From Acetobacteraceae bacterium (GTDB lineage Bacteria > Pseudomonadota > Alphaproteobacteria > Acetobacterales > Acetobacteraceae): a DNA stretch of 64,000 nucleotides. The notes under the pieces are model-generated. The model did not search any database, was not told the origin of the DNA, and saw nothing but the letters and a program-made list of their open reading frames with translations. Shown in pieces: positions 9,329 through 18,781 of this stretch. Location: the NCBI GenBank assembly GCA_036489395.1, contig DASXFW010000086.1:9333-73332 (forward strand), written 5' to 3'. Position numbers and translations under genes: made by a program. The first letter of the stretch is position 1. Each line of letters opens with the position of its first letter.

Positions 9329-10036
9329 TCAGGCGCTGCCCTGTTCCCGCCCCGACCGTGCCAGCCGGATCAGCTCCCGCCGCACATCCTGCGCATCGGC
9401 CACTGGCGCGGACCAGTGCACCCGCACCGCACGTTCCTCCACGGCCAAGTCGCAGCCATCCACATCCGCGGCCACCATTCGCCATGCTTCTGGCGTCCCG
9501 GCGATCGCCGCCAGCGCGTCCGGATGATCGGCGTTGCAATGCGCGACGATGTCCGCTTCCGCCGCCGCGATCGCCGTCACGGCCTTCGCATCCGGCGTCA
9601 GATCCGCGGCCCGCAGCCGCGCCGCGCGTGCGAACCCACCCACATACAGCCCGCCCAGCGGCCTGATCCGCCACAGCGCGAAATCGCCGAAATCCGCATA
9701 CATCGCGGCGTACGGGTGCACCGCCAGGAACCGCACCTTCAGCGCCGCATCCGCGACCGTTTCCGCTACCCCGGTCACCGTCACCCGCGGCGCGGTCTGC
9801 GGATTGGCCGCTTCCGCCGCCCCGCACACCAGCACGGAGCACCGCGGATCAGCCCGCAGATGCCGCGTGTGTTCGGAGAGCCCGGACAGCAGCAGCAGGA
9901 GGGCAAGGTCCGGCGCACAGGCCGGCGTCACCAGCGAGGCGAACGGCTGGCCCGCCGCGGATGTCGCCAACGTCCCGGAGCGCGTGGCACGCAGCAGTTT
10001 GCGGGCGGCCCAGGCAGCAGGTGCGCGATCGCTCAT
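9329..10036 (-). CDS. Pyridoxamine-5'-phosphate-oxidase-like FMN-binding / HugZ-family protein with a DUF2470-like C-terminal domain
   Basis: 235 aa. The N-terminal split-barrel pattern is ARKLLRATRSGTLATSAAGQPFASLV...RVTVTGVAE.... The C-terminal part, AEADIVAHCNADHPDALAAIAG, resembles DUF2470 of heme-utilisation proteins. Confidence 0.7.
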   Translation of the reverse strand: MSDRAPAAWAARKLLRATRSGTLATSAAGQPFASLVTPACAPDLALLLLLSGLSEHTRHLRADPRCSVLVCGAAEAANPQTAPRVTVTGVAETVADAALKVRFLAVHPYAAMYADFGDFALWRIRPLGGLYVGGFARAARLRAADLTPDAKAVTAIAAAEADIVAHCNADHPDALAAIAGTPEAWRMVAADVDGCDLAVEERAVRVHWSAPVADAQDVRRELIRLARSGREQGSA

Positions 10037-10293
10037 GCGTCCACCTCGGCCGGGCGCCGGGCGCTCAGCGCGCGCGATTCGATCGTCTCGGGCGGCCGCG
10101 CGCCCGGTGTCAGCGCCGCTTCCAGCGTCTCGATGCCCGGTGCCAGCCGTTCGGCGGCGGCGCCCTCACCGGCACACGGTGCGGCCGGCGCCGCTAGCGG
10201 CCGGATCAGCCTTGGCGCATAGGGCGGCCGGTCTGACGGATCATGGCGGGCGGCTGAGCGAAACCGGCGCCCCCGGGGAATCGTGTATGCCAT
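10033..10293 (-). CDS. Possible 86-aa protein translationally coupled to the HugZ-like gene
   Basis: The ATG at 10293 gives [24 protein letters not shown]...[18 protein letters not shown]. Its TGA overlaps the downstream ATG as ATGA at 10033-10036. GC3 is high but there are no recognisable motifs. It is embedded in a 768-aa antisense artefact ORF. Confidence 0.25.
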   Translation of the reverse strand: MAYTIPRGRRFRSAARHDPSDRPPYAPRLIRPLAAPAAPCAGEGAAAERLAPGIETLEAALTPGARPPETIESRALSARRPAEVDA

Positions 10294-10371
10294 ATTTCGT
10301 TCACCTATCGTCTGCAATGCGCCACAATTCGTCTCCATAGTAGAGCCGTTGACCCCGCGGGAGCGCGACAC

Positions 10372-11106
10372 ATGACCGTACCCCCCACCAAAGAGAACGT
10401 CCCGACAAAACAGACCATCGCCCTGGTCGATGACGACCGGAACATCCTCACCAGCGTGCAGATGACGCTGGAGCAGGAGGGGTTCCAGGTGCGAACCTAT
10501 ACGGATGGCGAAAGCGCGTTGCAGGGACTGAACGCGCGGCCGGTCGATCTGGCCGTGCTGGACATCAAGATGCCCCGCATGGACGGCATGGAGCTGCTGC
10601 AGCGGCTGCGCCAGCGCAGTTCGATGCCGGTGATCTTCCTCACTTCCAAGGACGAGGAAGTGGACGAACTTATGGGCCTGCGCCTCGGCGCCGACGACTA
10701 CATCACCAAGCCGTTCTCGCAGCGCCTGCTGATCGAGCGCATCCGCGCCCTGCTGCGCCGCAATGAAGCCAGCCGCGCGGAAGGCTCCGGCGCCGCGCCG
10801 GGCGGGGTGCTGTCGCGCGGCGACCTGACGCTGGATGAGACGAAGCACCAATGCATCTGGAAAGGCCAGGACATCCAGCTTACCGTCACCGAGTTCCTGC
10901 TGGTGAAGGCGCTCGCGGCGCGGCCCGGCATGGTGAAAAGCCGCGACCAGCTCATCGATGCCGCCTATGGCGAGAATATCTACGTGGACGACCGCACGAT
11001 CGACAGCCACGTGAAACGGATTCGCAAGAAGTTCCGTACCGTGGACGATGATTTCAACCAGATCGAGACGCTGTACGGCATCGGCTACCGCTACAAGGAG
11101 CATTAA
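10372..11106 (+). CDS. chvI: OmpR-family response regulator ChvI
   Basis: The receiver domain carries [14 protein letters not shown]...[18 protein letters not shown] and [42 protein letters not shown], a string highly characteristic of ChvI. It also has a winged-helix output domain. It is followed immediately by the kinase gene. Confidence 0.9.
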   Translation: MTVPPTKENVPTKQTIALVDDDRNILTSVQMTLEQEGFQVRTYTDGESALQGLNARPVDLAVLDIKMPRMDGMELLQRLRQRSSMPVIFLTSKDEEVDELMGLRLGADDYITKPFSQRLLIERIRALLRRNEASRAEGSGAAPGGVLSRGDLTLDETKHQCIWKGQDIQLTVTEFLLVKALAARPGMVKSRDQLIDAAYGENIYVDDRTIDSHVKRIRKKFRTVDDDFNQIETLYGIGYRYKEH

Positions 11107-12783
11107 TTGCCCGACGGCAGCAGCATCGGCGCCCTGGCGCCCGCAACGACGACACAACCCAAGCGGTTCCGCCCGCGTTGGGTGTCGCCGCTGCTGCGCC
11201 GCATCTTGCTGGTGAATGCGCTGCCACTGGCGCTGCTGGTTGTTGCGTTGCTCTATCTCGACCAGTACCAGAACGGGTTGCTGGAGGCGGAGGTCTCCGC
11301 CCTGCGCGAGCAAGCCAGGATCTTCGCCGGCGCACTGGGCGAAAGCGCGGTGCGCACCACCAACCCCGACGACCCGAAGCTGGTGCCGGACATCGCCCGG
11401 CCGCTGCTGTTTCGCCTGACCGATCCGACGCCGGACGCCGACGCCAAGCTGTATGCGCCGGACGGTACCGTGCTGGTCGACTCCCGCCTGCGCCAGGGTC
11501 CCGGCGGCGCCATCGATACAGAGCCGCTGCCCCCGCCCGTGCACTACGGCCCCCTGCTCGGCACCGTCGGCTGGATCTACGACCGGGTCCTGTCGCTGTT
11601 CCCGCACGACCGGCCGATCCCGCTGGTGGAACTGTCGCCCGGTGCCGGCCTGGAATGGCAGCCGAACGTAAAGGAGGAGCTGCAACTCAACAGCGCCGGC
11701 CAGAGCCGCGAGATGCCACCTTATATAAGGCGCACCAAGGACAACCGGCTGCTGGTGACGGTGGCAGAGCCGGTGGAGCGCGACCGCCATACCGTTGGCA
11801 TCATTCTGCTGACCCGCGAAGCCCGCGAAGTGGACGCCAGCCTGTTTGCCGTTCGCATCTCGATCCTTGCGTTGTTCTGCCTGGCGCTGGGACTGACGGT
11901 GCTGCTGTCCTGGTACCTGTCGCTGACGATCGCCCGGCCGATCCTGCGCCTGGCCGGCGTCGCGGCAGAGATGCGCGAGGGCAAGGGGCGCGCCGGCCGT
12001 GTGCCGCCCGCGCTGCTGCACCGGCATGACGAAGTGGGTGCCCTGGCAACCGCGCTTTCCGACTCGGCGCAGGCGCTGTGGGCGCGAATGGATGCGATCG
12101 AGCGCTTTGGTGCCGACGTGGCGCATGAGATCAAGAACCCGCTGTCCTCGATCCGCAGCGCCATCGAGACCCTGCGCCGCATCGAGGATCCCGCACGGCA
12201 GAAGCAGTTGCTGGCGATCATCACGCAGGATGTCGCGCGGCTGGACCGGCTGATCAGTGACGTGAGCGACGCGTCGCGGCTGGATGCCGAATTGTCGCGG
12301 CTGGCGGCGGAACGGGTGGAGGTGGTGCCGATCCTGCACGCCCTGACCGATCTGGACGACGCGACGCGCGACACCGACAACGATCCGAAGCTGGAGGTGG
12401 ATGCCAGCGCGCCGGACCTTGCGGTGTGGGCGGTCGAGGACCGGCTGGTGCAGGTGCTGCGCAACCTGATCGCCAACGCGCAGTCGTTCAGTCCCCCGCG
12501 CGGGCGGATCATGCTACGGGCACGGGATACGGGAGAGATGGTCGAGTTCGGTGTCGAGGACGAAGGGCCGGGAATTCCCGAAGGCAACCTGGAACAAGTG
12601 TTCGACCGGTTCTATTCGGAGCGTCCGAAGGGCGAGCGCTTCGGCCAGCACTCCGGCCTGGGCCTGTCGATCAGCCGGCAGATCATCGAAGCACTGCACG
12701 GACGGATTTCCGCCGAGAACCGCCGCGATGCGGAAGGCAACACGCTCGGCGCGCGTTTTGTGGTGCGATTGCCGAAGGCGTAA
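11107..12783 (+). CDS. chvG: Sensor histidine kinase ChvG/ExoS-like
   Basis: Starts at the TTG right after the chvI TAA. It has two TM segments flanking a periplasmic domain, an H-box (FGADVAHEIKNPLSSIRSAIETL), an N box (RNLIANAQSF) and a G2 box (GLGLSISRQIIEALHG). Confidence 0.85.
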   Translation: MPDGSSIGALAPATTTQPKRFRPRWVSPLLRRILLVNALPLALLVVALLYLDQYQNGLLEAEVSALREQARIFAGALGESAVRTTNPDDPKLVPDIARPLLFRLTDPTPDADAKLYAPDGTVLVDSRLRQGPGGAIDTEPLPPPVHYGPLLGTVGWIYDRVLSLFPHDRPIPLVELSPGAGLEWQPNVKEELQLNSAGQSREMPPYIRRTKDNRLLVTVAEPVERDRHTVGIILLTREAREVDASLFAVRISILALFCLALGLTVLLSWYLSLTIARPILRLAGVAAEMREGKGRAGRVPPALLHRHDEVGALATALSDSAQALWARMDAIERFGADVAHEIKNPLSSIRSAIETLRRIEDPARQKQLLAIITQDVARLDRLISDVSDASRLDAELSRLAAERVEVVPILHALTDLDDATRDTDNDPKLEVDASAPDLAVWAVEDRLVQVLRNLIANAQSFSPPRGRIMLRARDTGEMVEFGVEDEGPGIPEGNLEQVFDRFYSERPKGERFGQHSGLGLSISRQIIEALHGRISAENRRDAEGNTLGARFVVRLPKA

Positions 12784-12805
12784 GCGCGGCGCCGGTGGTA
12801 CCACT

Positions 12806-13229
12806 GTCATTGCGAGTTGGCCACCGGCCGGGGGCGGACCCGCGACTGGATGAAACGCTCGGCAGTACCTGTTGTGTCATGGCCGGGCTTGGCCCGGTCA
12901 CCCACGACTGTGCCCCGGCCGGCAAAGGAAAGACGTGGGTGGCCGGGACAAGCCCGGCCATGACATGGGTGGTTTCAGGTTAGGAGCGAAGCGACGAAGC
13001 AACCTCGGTCATGACGAGGGTTCCTCGGCTCCGCTTCGCTCCTGACAAGAAACTGGAGCCCCCCTGTCATTGCGAGGCCGCTTGGCCGAAGCAATCCCGT
13101 TCGCGACGAGCTGCAGGCAGCTCGTCACGATCGGGATTGCTTCGGCCAAGTGGCCTCGCAATGACAGAATGCCGCCGTTTCATCCAGGGCGGGTCGGCCG
13201 CCGCCGGCCGGTGGCCAATACGCAATGAT
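12806..13229. repeat. 425-bp repeat mosaic: RepB(fwd) - RepD - RepE half - RepA hairpin - RepB(rev)
   Basis: Components are RepB 12806-12857, RepD 12876-12965, RepE-like 12981-13056, RepA two-tier palindrome 13066-13165 and RepB reverse 13175-13229. The two RepB copies are inverted relative to each other and bracket the rest. Confidence 0.9.
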
Positions 13230-13290
13230 ACGTGCTTCGACGCTCGCGAAAGACCGCTCTAGGATCAGGCGACACTCGCGGGAGGCGCCA

Positions 13291-14538
13291 ATGTCCGATC
13301 CGATGACACCCACGTACGCGCGCAACATGCGCATCATCGGCCACACCGATCAGGGCGGCGGACGCGCGGACGGCGTGCAGCTCATGATCCACAAGGGTCA
13401 TGCCTTCGTCGGGCACATTTTCTCCAAGGGGTTTTCCGTCATCGATGTGCGCGATCCGACGAAGCCCAGGGCGGTGAACTACATCGCCGCGCCGCCGAAT
13501 ACCTGGTCGATCCATCTGCAGCAGTTCAACGACCTGCTGCTGGTGATCCACGCAAAGGACATGTTCGCGCAGCCGGAACTGGCCGACGAAAAGAACTACT
13601 ACAAAGGCAAGATCAGCGCGCACGGCGAAGCGTCATCCGAGCAGATCTGGTCCGCCGGAATGGCGGTGTATGACGTGAGCAAACCGGAAGCGCCGCGGCA
13701 GATTGGCTTCATGCCGGTGCAGGGCGGTGGGTTGCACCGCCTGTGGTACGTCGGCGGGCGATGGGCGTATGCGTCCGCGCTGCTGGACGGGTTCTCCGAC
13801 TACATCCTGATCACCATCGATCTGGCCGACCCGACGAAGCCGGTGCTTGCCGGGAAATACTGGCTGCCAGGCATGAACGTTGCCGCCGGCGAGGTTGCGC
13901 ACTGGCCGAGCGAAGTCGGCCGCTTCGGCCTGCATCACGCGATCGTGCACGGTGATATCGCCTATTGCAGTTGGCGCGATGCGTGCCTGGCGGTGGTGGA
14001 TGTAAGCGACCGCACCGCGCCGAAACTGATAACGCACAAAGTTTGGGCCCCGCCGTTCGGTGGCGGCACCCATAACGCCTTGCCACTGCCCAACAGGGAA
14101 TTGCTGATTGTCGTGGACGAGACCGTGCTGGATAACCGCGAGGATGGCGAGAAGCCGATCTGGGTATTCGACAATCGTGTGAAGTCGAATCCGATCAGCA
14201 TCGCCACGTTCCCCGAGCCGAGCGATGCGGATTATCTGAATGTGGGCGGCCATTTCGGCCCGCATAACGTGTACGAGAATCGACCGGATTTGTTCGTCAG
14301 CGAGGAGCTGATCTTTACGACGTATCAGAACGCCGGTGTCCGCGTTTACGATATCCGCGACAAGTACCGGCCTGTGGAAGTGGGCGCCTGTGTGCCGCCG
14401 CCGCCGGCGAAACTGGTCGATCCACGGCCCAACCGGCCGAAGGTGCTGCACTCGGCGGATGTGTCGGTAGATCGGAATGGGGTTGTGTACTGCACGGACT
14501 TTTCGGCGGGGCTTTATATCATGGAGTACAAGGGCTGA
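13291..14538 (+). CDS. LVIVD-repeat beta-propeller-like protein (function unknown)
   Basis: ORF 13225..14538 trimmed to MSDPMTPTYARNM... at 13291, with GGGAGG 6 nt upstream. It has recurrent LVIVD-like strands: LLVIHAKD, AVYDVSKP, LITIDLAD, LAVVDVSD, LLIVVDET, VRVYDIRD. Confidence 0.7.
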   Translation: MSDPMTPTYARNMRIIGHTDQGGGRADGVQLMIHKGHAFVGHIFSKGFSVIDVRDPTKPRAVNYIAAPPNTWSIHLQQFNDLLLVIHAKDMFAQPELADEKNYYKGKISAHGEASSEQIWSAGMAVYDVSKPEAPRQIGFMPVQGGGLHRLWYVGGRWAYASALLDGFSDYILITIDLADPTKPVLAGKYWLPGMNVAAGEVAHWPSEVGRFGLHHAIVHGDIAYCSWRDACLAVVDVSDRTAPKLITHKVWAPPFGGGTHNALPLPNRELLIVVDETVLDNREDGEKPIWVFDNRVKSNPISIATFPEPSDADYLNVGGHFGPHNVYENRPDLFVSEELIFTTYQNAGVRVYDIRDKYRPVEVGACVPPPPAKLVDPRPNRPKVLHSADVSVDRNGVVYCTDFSAGLYIMEYKG

Positions 14539-14588
14539 ACGCCCCGCCATTTTTGCGGAATACGAGAACTGAACGCCTCGTCATTTTT

Positions 14589-14860
14589 GTCATTGCGAGT
14601 TGCCCACCGGCCGTCGGGCCGACCCGCCCTGGATGAAACGGTCGCGGCCGGAGCGTAGGTCTCCCCTCCCCTTGAGGGAGGGGTGCGTACATCCACTGAC
14701 CGCGGATGTATGCACCCCTCCCCCAACCCCTCCCTCAAGGGGAGGGGGGGGACGTAGTTTCTTGTTAGGCCGTTTGGCCGAAGCAATCTCGTGCGTGACG
14801 AGCTGCCGGCGGCTCGTCACGCACGAGATTGCTTCGTCGCTTCGCTTCTCGCAATGACAG
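14589..14860. repeat. Repeat mosaic: RepB(fwd) - RepC - RepA/E hairpin
   Basis: Components are RepB 14589-14640, the linker ggtcgcggccggagcgtagg, RepC 14660-14753 (left arm shortened) and a RepA/E hairpin 14757-14860. Confidence 0.9.
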
Positions 14861-14965
14861 TGATTCGCTTCTCGCGATGCCAGTAAGGAGGGCTTGCGCA
14901 CGCGCGTCGCCTGATGTTCTCTGCCCGCATGGGCAAACAACGCCCGGCCTGCGGGAGGATAACGC

Positions 14966-16549
14966 GTGACTCCACGAGGCGAGGCGGATACCGCGTCTCC
15001 ACCGACAAACACGGACACTTCGCCCGCGCTCGATATCGTGGGCGCTTCGAAGCAATTCGGCGCAACCCGCGCACTCGATGGTGTTTCCCTCCAGGTGCGC
15101 CGCGGGGAGATCGTCGCATTGCTCGGCGAGAATGGTGCCGGCAAATCGACATTGATCAAAGCGCTTGCCGGCGTGCATACGCTCGACGCCGGCAGCATTC
15201 GCTACCACGGGCAGGATGTGTCCGACGGTCTGCGCCATTTGCCGATTGCCTTCATCCACCAGGATCTTGGCCTGATCGAGTGGATGACTGTCGCCGAAAA
15301 CATCTGCCTCGCGCTGGGTTATCCACGTCGCTTTGGTCTGGTTGATTGGAAAGCGGCACGCGAACGCGCCGCACGTGCCCTGTCGATGGTTGGCACCGAT
15401 ATCGATCCCGATGCGCGCGTCGCCTCGCTCGGCCGCACCGAGAAATCGCTGGTGGCGATCAGCCGCGCGCTGGCGGCCGACGTGGAACTGCTGGTGCTGG
15501 ACGAGCCCACCGCCAGCCTGCCGGCCAACGAGGTCGCGCGCTTGTTCGCCAGCCTGCGCCACCTGCGCGCGCAGGGCGTGGGCATGATCTACGTCTCGCA
15601 CCGCCTCGACGAGGTGTTCGAGATCGCCGATCGCATCGTCGTCCTGCGTGACGGCCGCATCGTCGGCGAACGCGCCACCGCCGGCACCAGTCCCGAGGAA
15701 GTGATCCTGCTGATCGTCGGCCGCGAACCGTCCCAGGTGTTCCGCCGCCCGGCGCAACGCAGCGGCGAGGCTCGGCTGGAGCTGGCCGGACTGACGGTCG
15801 GCGACGTGGGGCCGGTCGATTGCCGGCTGCATGGCGGCGAGATCGTCGGTCTGGTGGGCCTGCGCGGCGCCGGGCAGGAAAGCGTCGGCCGCGCCTTGTT
15901 CGGACTCGCGCAACTCACCGGTGGCCGCATGCTGCTGGACGGCCGCCCGGTCGCGCCGGCCTCGCCCCGCCAGGCAATGCGGGCAGGCATCAACCTCGTC
16001 TGTGCCGACCGCATGGCCGACGCGGTCGTGCCCAACATGTGCGTGCGCGAGAACCTGTTCCTGAACCTGCGCGCGGCGGGGTCGCGGACGCATTCCTTCG
16101 TCCGGCCGGCCCGCGAGCACCATGCCGCGTTCCGGCTCGGTCAGGAGATCGGGTTGCGCCCCAACGATCCCGCCCTGCCGATCGAATGGCTGTCCGGCGG
16201 CAACCAGCAGAAGGTCATGCTCGGCCGCTGGCTGCATCTCCAGGGCAAGGTCTATGTCCTGGAAGACCCCACCGCCGGCGTGGATGTCGGCGCCAAGACC
16301 GAGATCTATCGCCTGCTCGATCTCGCGCTGAAGCGTGGCGCGGCGATCCTGCTGGTCTCCACCGATTTCGAGGAGGTCGAAAAAATCTGCCACCGCGCGC
16401 TGGTGTTCGACCGCGGGCGCGTCGTCGCCGAGCTTGGCGTCGGCGACATGTCCACCGGCAACCTGCTCGCCGCCGCCTCCGCGAGCATCGGCCAGGTGGC
16501 CGAGGCGCTGACCCACATCGAGCCGCAGGCTGGCCATGCAATCGCTTAA
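14966..16549 (+). CDS. Sugar ABC transporter ATP-binding protein (duplicated ABC domains, RbsA/MglA type)
   Basis: GTG start with GGGAGGA 6 nt upstream. First domain: Walker A GENGAGKSTL. Second domain: signature LSGGNQQKV, with Walker B LLVLDEPT and VYVLEDPT. Confidence 0.9.
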   Translation: MTPRGEADTASPPTNTDTSPALDIVGASKQFGATRALDGVSLQVRRGEIVALLGENGAGKSTLIKALAGVHTLDAGSIRYHGQDVSDGLRHLPIAFIHQDLGLIEWMTVAENICLALGYPRRFGLVDWKAARERAARALSMVGTDIDPDARVASLGRTEKSLVAISRALAADVELLVLDEPTASLPANEVARLFASLRHLRAQGVGMIYVSHRLDEVFEIADRIVVLRDGRIVGERATAGTSPEEVILLIVGREPSQVFRRPAQRSGEARLELAGLTVGDVGPVDCRLHGGEIVGLVGLRGAGQESVGRALFGLAQLTGGRMLLDGRPVAPASPRQAMRAGINLVCADRMADAVVPNMCVRENLFLNLRAAGSRTHSFVRPAREHHAAFRLGQEIGLRPNDPALPIEWLSGGNQQKVMLGRWLHLQGKVYVLEDPTAGVDVGAKTEIYRLLDLALKRGAAILLVSTDFEEVEKICHRALVFDRGRVVAELGVGDMSTGNLLAAASASIGQVAEALTHIEPQAGHAIA

Positions 16550-17588
16550 ATCCACCGCGCTGGAACCCACCCGTCCAGAGCTGGCCGGGCTGACCCGCTG
16601 GCGCGCGGCGGTGCGGATACTGCCGGTCTATGGCCTGCCGATCCTGGCGCTGGCGCTCGCGGTCTTCTTCTCCATCCTGCTGCCGGACTCGTTCCCCACG
16701 GCCCTGAACGTCCGCTCCATCCTGAGCGACAAGGGCATCATCATGTTGCTCTCGCTTGGCGTGATGCTGCCGATGATGACCGGGCGCATCGACCTGACCA
16801 TCGGCTTCGGCATCGTCATGTGGCACATCCTGGCGATCAGCCTGCAGGTCTGGTACGGCGTGCCCTGGCCGCTTGCGGTCCTGCTGGTCCTGCTGTGCAG
16901 CGGCTTCGCCGGGCTGATCAACGGCCTGTTGGTCGAGGTGGCGCAGATCGACAGCATCATCGCCACGCTCGGCACCGGTACAATTCTATATGCGCTGGCG
17001 CTGTGGCTCAGCGGCGGCCGGCAGGTGATGGGCGTCCTCTCCGACGGCTTCATTGACATCAACGGGCTGTCGCCGCTCGGCATACCGATGCCGGCGGTCT
17101 ATGTGATCATCCTTGGCGCGGCGCTGTGGATCCTGACGGAGCGGCTGCCGCTGGGACGCCAGCTCTATGCGATCGGCGCCAACGAGAAAGCCGCGGCACT
17201 CAACGGCATTTCGGTGCGGGCCAATGTCGTCGGCGTGTTCGTCGGCTCCGGGCTGGTCGCCGGCTTCACCGGGTGCGTGCTGGCCTCGAAGCTGCAGATC
17301 GGCCAAGCGAATGTCGGGCTGGACTACCTGCTGCCGGCGCTGGTCGGCGCCTTCCTCGGCACCACCACGATCAGGCCGGGCCGGGTGAATGTCCTGGGCA
17401 CCATCGTCGGCGTGCTGGTCCTGGCGATCGGCATCTCCGGCATCCAGCAGCTTGGCGGCCAATTCTTCATCGAGCCGCTGTTCAACGGCACAACCCTCGT
17501 CGTCGCCATCGCGCTGGCCGGCTTCGCGCAGCGCCGCCGGTCCGTCTCGGTGTCGAAGGCGGCAAAGCCTGGACCGCCTGCCGGGTAG
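16536..17588 (+). CDS. Sugar ABC transporter permease (RbsC/AraH family)
   Basis: 350 aa and polytopic. The conserved loop is ...LYAIGANEKAAALNGISV.... It overlaps the ATPase gene by 14 nt. Confidence 0.9.
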   Translation: MQSLKSTALEPTRPELAGLTRWRAAVRILPVYGLPILALALAVFFSILLPDSFPTALNVRSILSDKGIIMLLSLGVMLPMMTGRIDLTIGFGIVMWHILAISLQVWYGVPWPLAVLLVLLCSGFAGLINGLLVEVAQIDSIIATLGTGTILYALALWLSGGRQVMGVLSDGFIDINGLSPLGIPMPAVYVIILGAALWILTERLPLGRQLYAIGANEKAAALNGISVRANVVGVFVGSGLVAGFTGCVLASKLQIGQANVGLDYLLPALVGAFLGTTTIRPGRVNVLGTIVGVLVLAIGISGIQQLGGQFFIEPLFNGTTLVVAIALAGFAQRRRSVSVSKAAKPGPPAG

Positions 17589-17656
17589 TTCCGGCGACGC
17601 GCCCGGCAGCCGCGCGGCGCACAGAAGCTGCCAACCAAGCAGGAGGAAGCAGGACC

Positions 17657-18778
17657 ATGACAGACATTCGCATGCCGCGGCGGACATTGTTGGCATCCGC
17701 CGCCGCCGCGCTGGCCATCCCCGCCGGCAGTGCCCAGGCCGCGGACGACTATCTGGCGAAGGCCAAGGCCTATATCGCCAAAGCGACGCAGCCGGGCGCG
17801 CCGTGGACCGGCCCGCGGACCGGCCCGAAAGCGCAGCCCCATAAATTGGTCATCTATGTCTCGCAGGACCAGCGCAACGGCGGTGCCCAGGGCGTCGGCG
17901 ACGGATCGCAGGAAGGCGCCAAGGCGATCGGCTGGAACTTCCGCGTGATCGACGGCCAAGGCTCGGTGGCGCAGCACACCTCGGCCTTGAACGAGGCGAT
18001 CGCGCTGAAGCCCGACGGCATCATCCTCGGCACCATCGACGCCAAGGAGCAGGCGCCGGTCATAGAACATGCGGTGAAGCTGGGGATCAAAGTGGTGGGG
18101 TGGCATTGCGCCGGGGAGCCGGGCCCGGTGAAGGACCCGCCGGTGATCACCAACATCACCACCGACCCGCACGAGGTCGGCAAGCTGGCCGCGATGTATG
18201 CCGTGGTGGATTCCAACGGCACGGCCGAAGCCGTGGTGATCGGCGACAACCTGTATGCGATCAGCACCGTCAAGACCGATGCCGCGATCGCTGCGATCAA
18301 GGGCGACAAAGGCTGCAAGGTGTTGGCGTTCGAGGACACGCCGATCGCCGACGTCGCCGCCCGGACGCCGCAGCTCACGACCACGCTGCTGGCCCGGTTC
18401 GGCAAGAAATGGACCTACACGATCGCGGTGAACGATCTCTGGTTCGACTTCATGGCGCCGTCGCTACAGGCGGCCGGCATCGATCCGAAAAACGGCTATC
18501 CGCGCGAGATTTCCGCCGGCGACGGCTCGGTGTCGGCATTCGAGCGGATCCGCGCACGGCATTATCAGATCGGCACAGTCGCCGAGCCGCTGCACCTGCA
18601 TGGATGGATGTGCATCGACGAGCTGAACCGTGCGTTCGCCGGCCAGCGGCCGAGCGCATTCGTGCCCCCGCCGCATTTGTTCGTGCACGGGAATATCGAC
18701 CGCGACGGTGGTGCGAACAACATCTACGACCCGGAGAACGGGTACAAGGATATCTATAAGAAGATCTGGGGGACGTAA
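17657..18778 (+). CDS. Periplasmic sugar-binding protein (PBP type I) with Tat-like signal
   Basis: This is the real gene inside ORF 17126..18778. The ATG at 17657 is preceded by AGGAGGAAG. The sequence begins MTDIRMPRRTLLASAAAALAIPAGSAQA and continues with a LacI/RbsB-like PBP fold (…LVIYVSQDQRNGGAQGV…IILGTIDAKE…). Confidence 0.85.
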   Translation: MTDIRMPRRTLLASAAAALAIPAGSAQAADDYLAKAKAYIAKATQPGAPWTGPRTGPKAQPHKLVIYVSQDQRNGGAQGVGDGSQEGAKAIGWNFRVIDGQGSVAQHTSALNEAIALKPDGIILGTIDAKEQAPVIEHAVKLGIKVVGWHCAGEPGPVKDPPVITNITTDPHEVGKLAAMYAVVDSNGTAEAVVIGDNLYAISTVKTDAAIAAIKGDKGCKVLAFEDTPIADVAARTPQLTTTLLARFGKKWTYTIAVNDLWFDFMAPSLQAAGIDPKNGYPREISAGDGSVSAFERIRARHYQIGTVAEPLHLHGWMCIDELNRAFAGQRPSAFVPPPHLFVHGNIDRDGGANNIYDPENGYKDIYKKIWGT

Positions 18779-18781
18779 CGC

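Noticed and set aside
10033-12339. 768-aa minus-strand ORF, the longest in this part of the track
   Set aside because: It lies antisense to chvI and chvG, both of which have unmistakable motifs. Long stop-free antisense frames are expected at this GC content. The product is a low-complexity R/Q/G/A/H string.
14514-15198. Short ORFs translating as ...PLPLREGLGEGC..., ...VIARPLGRSNL..., ...SLRGRLAEAIS..., ...CHCEAAWPKQSRS..., ...VMAGLDP.../...SPAMT... These occur here and at about 6675-6974, 12683-13346, 29967-30158, 30790-31196, 34506-34805, 37123-37329, 38516-38918, 43613-43960, 50066-50430, 52661-52915 and 57415-57713.
   Set aside because: They are translations of the RepA-F palindromes. 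The same peptide strings appear on both strands and in several frames, wherever a repeat copy occurs. That pattern is diagnostic of repeat DNA rather than genes.
14765-16570. 601-aa minus-strand ORF
   Set aside because: It lies antisense to the ABC ATPase, which has Walker A/B and LSGG motifs on the plus strand. The composition is artefactual.
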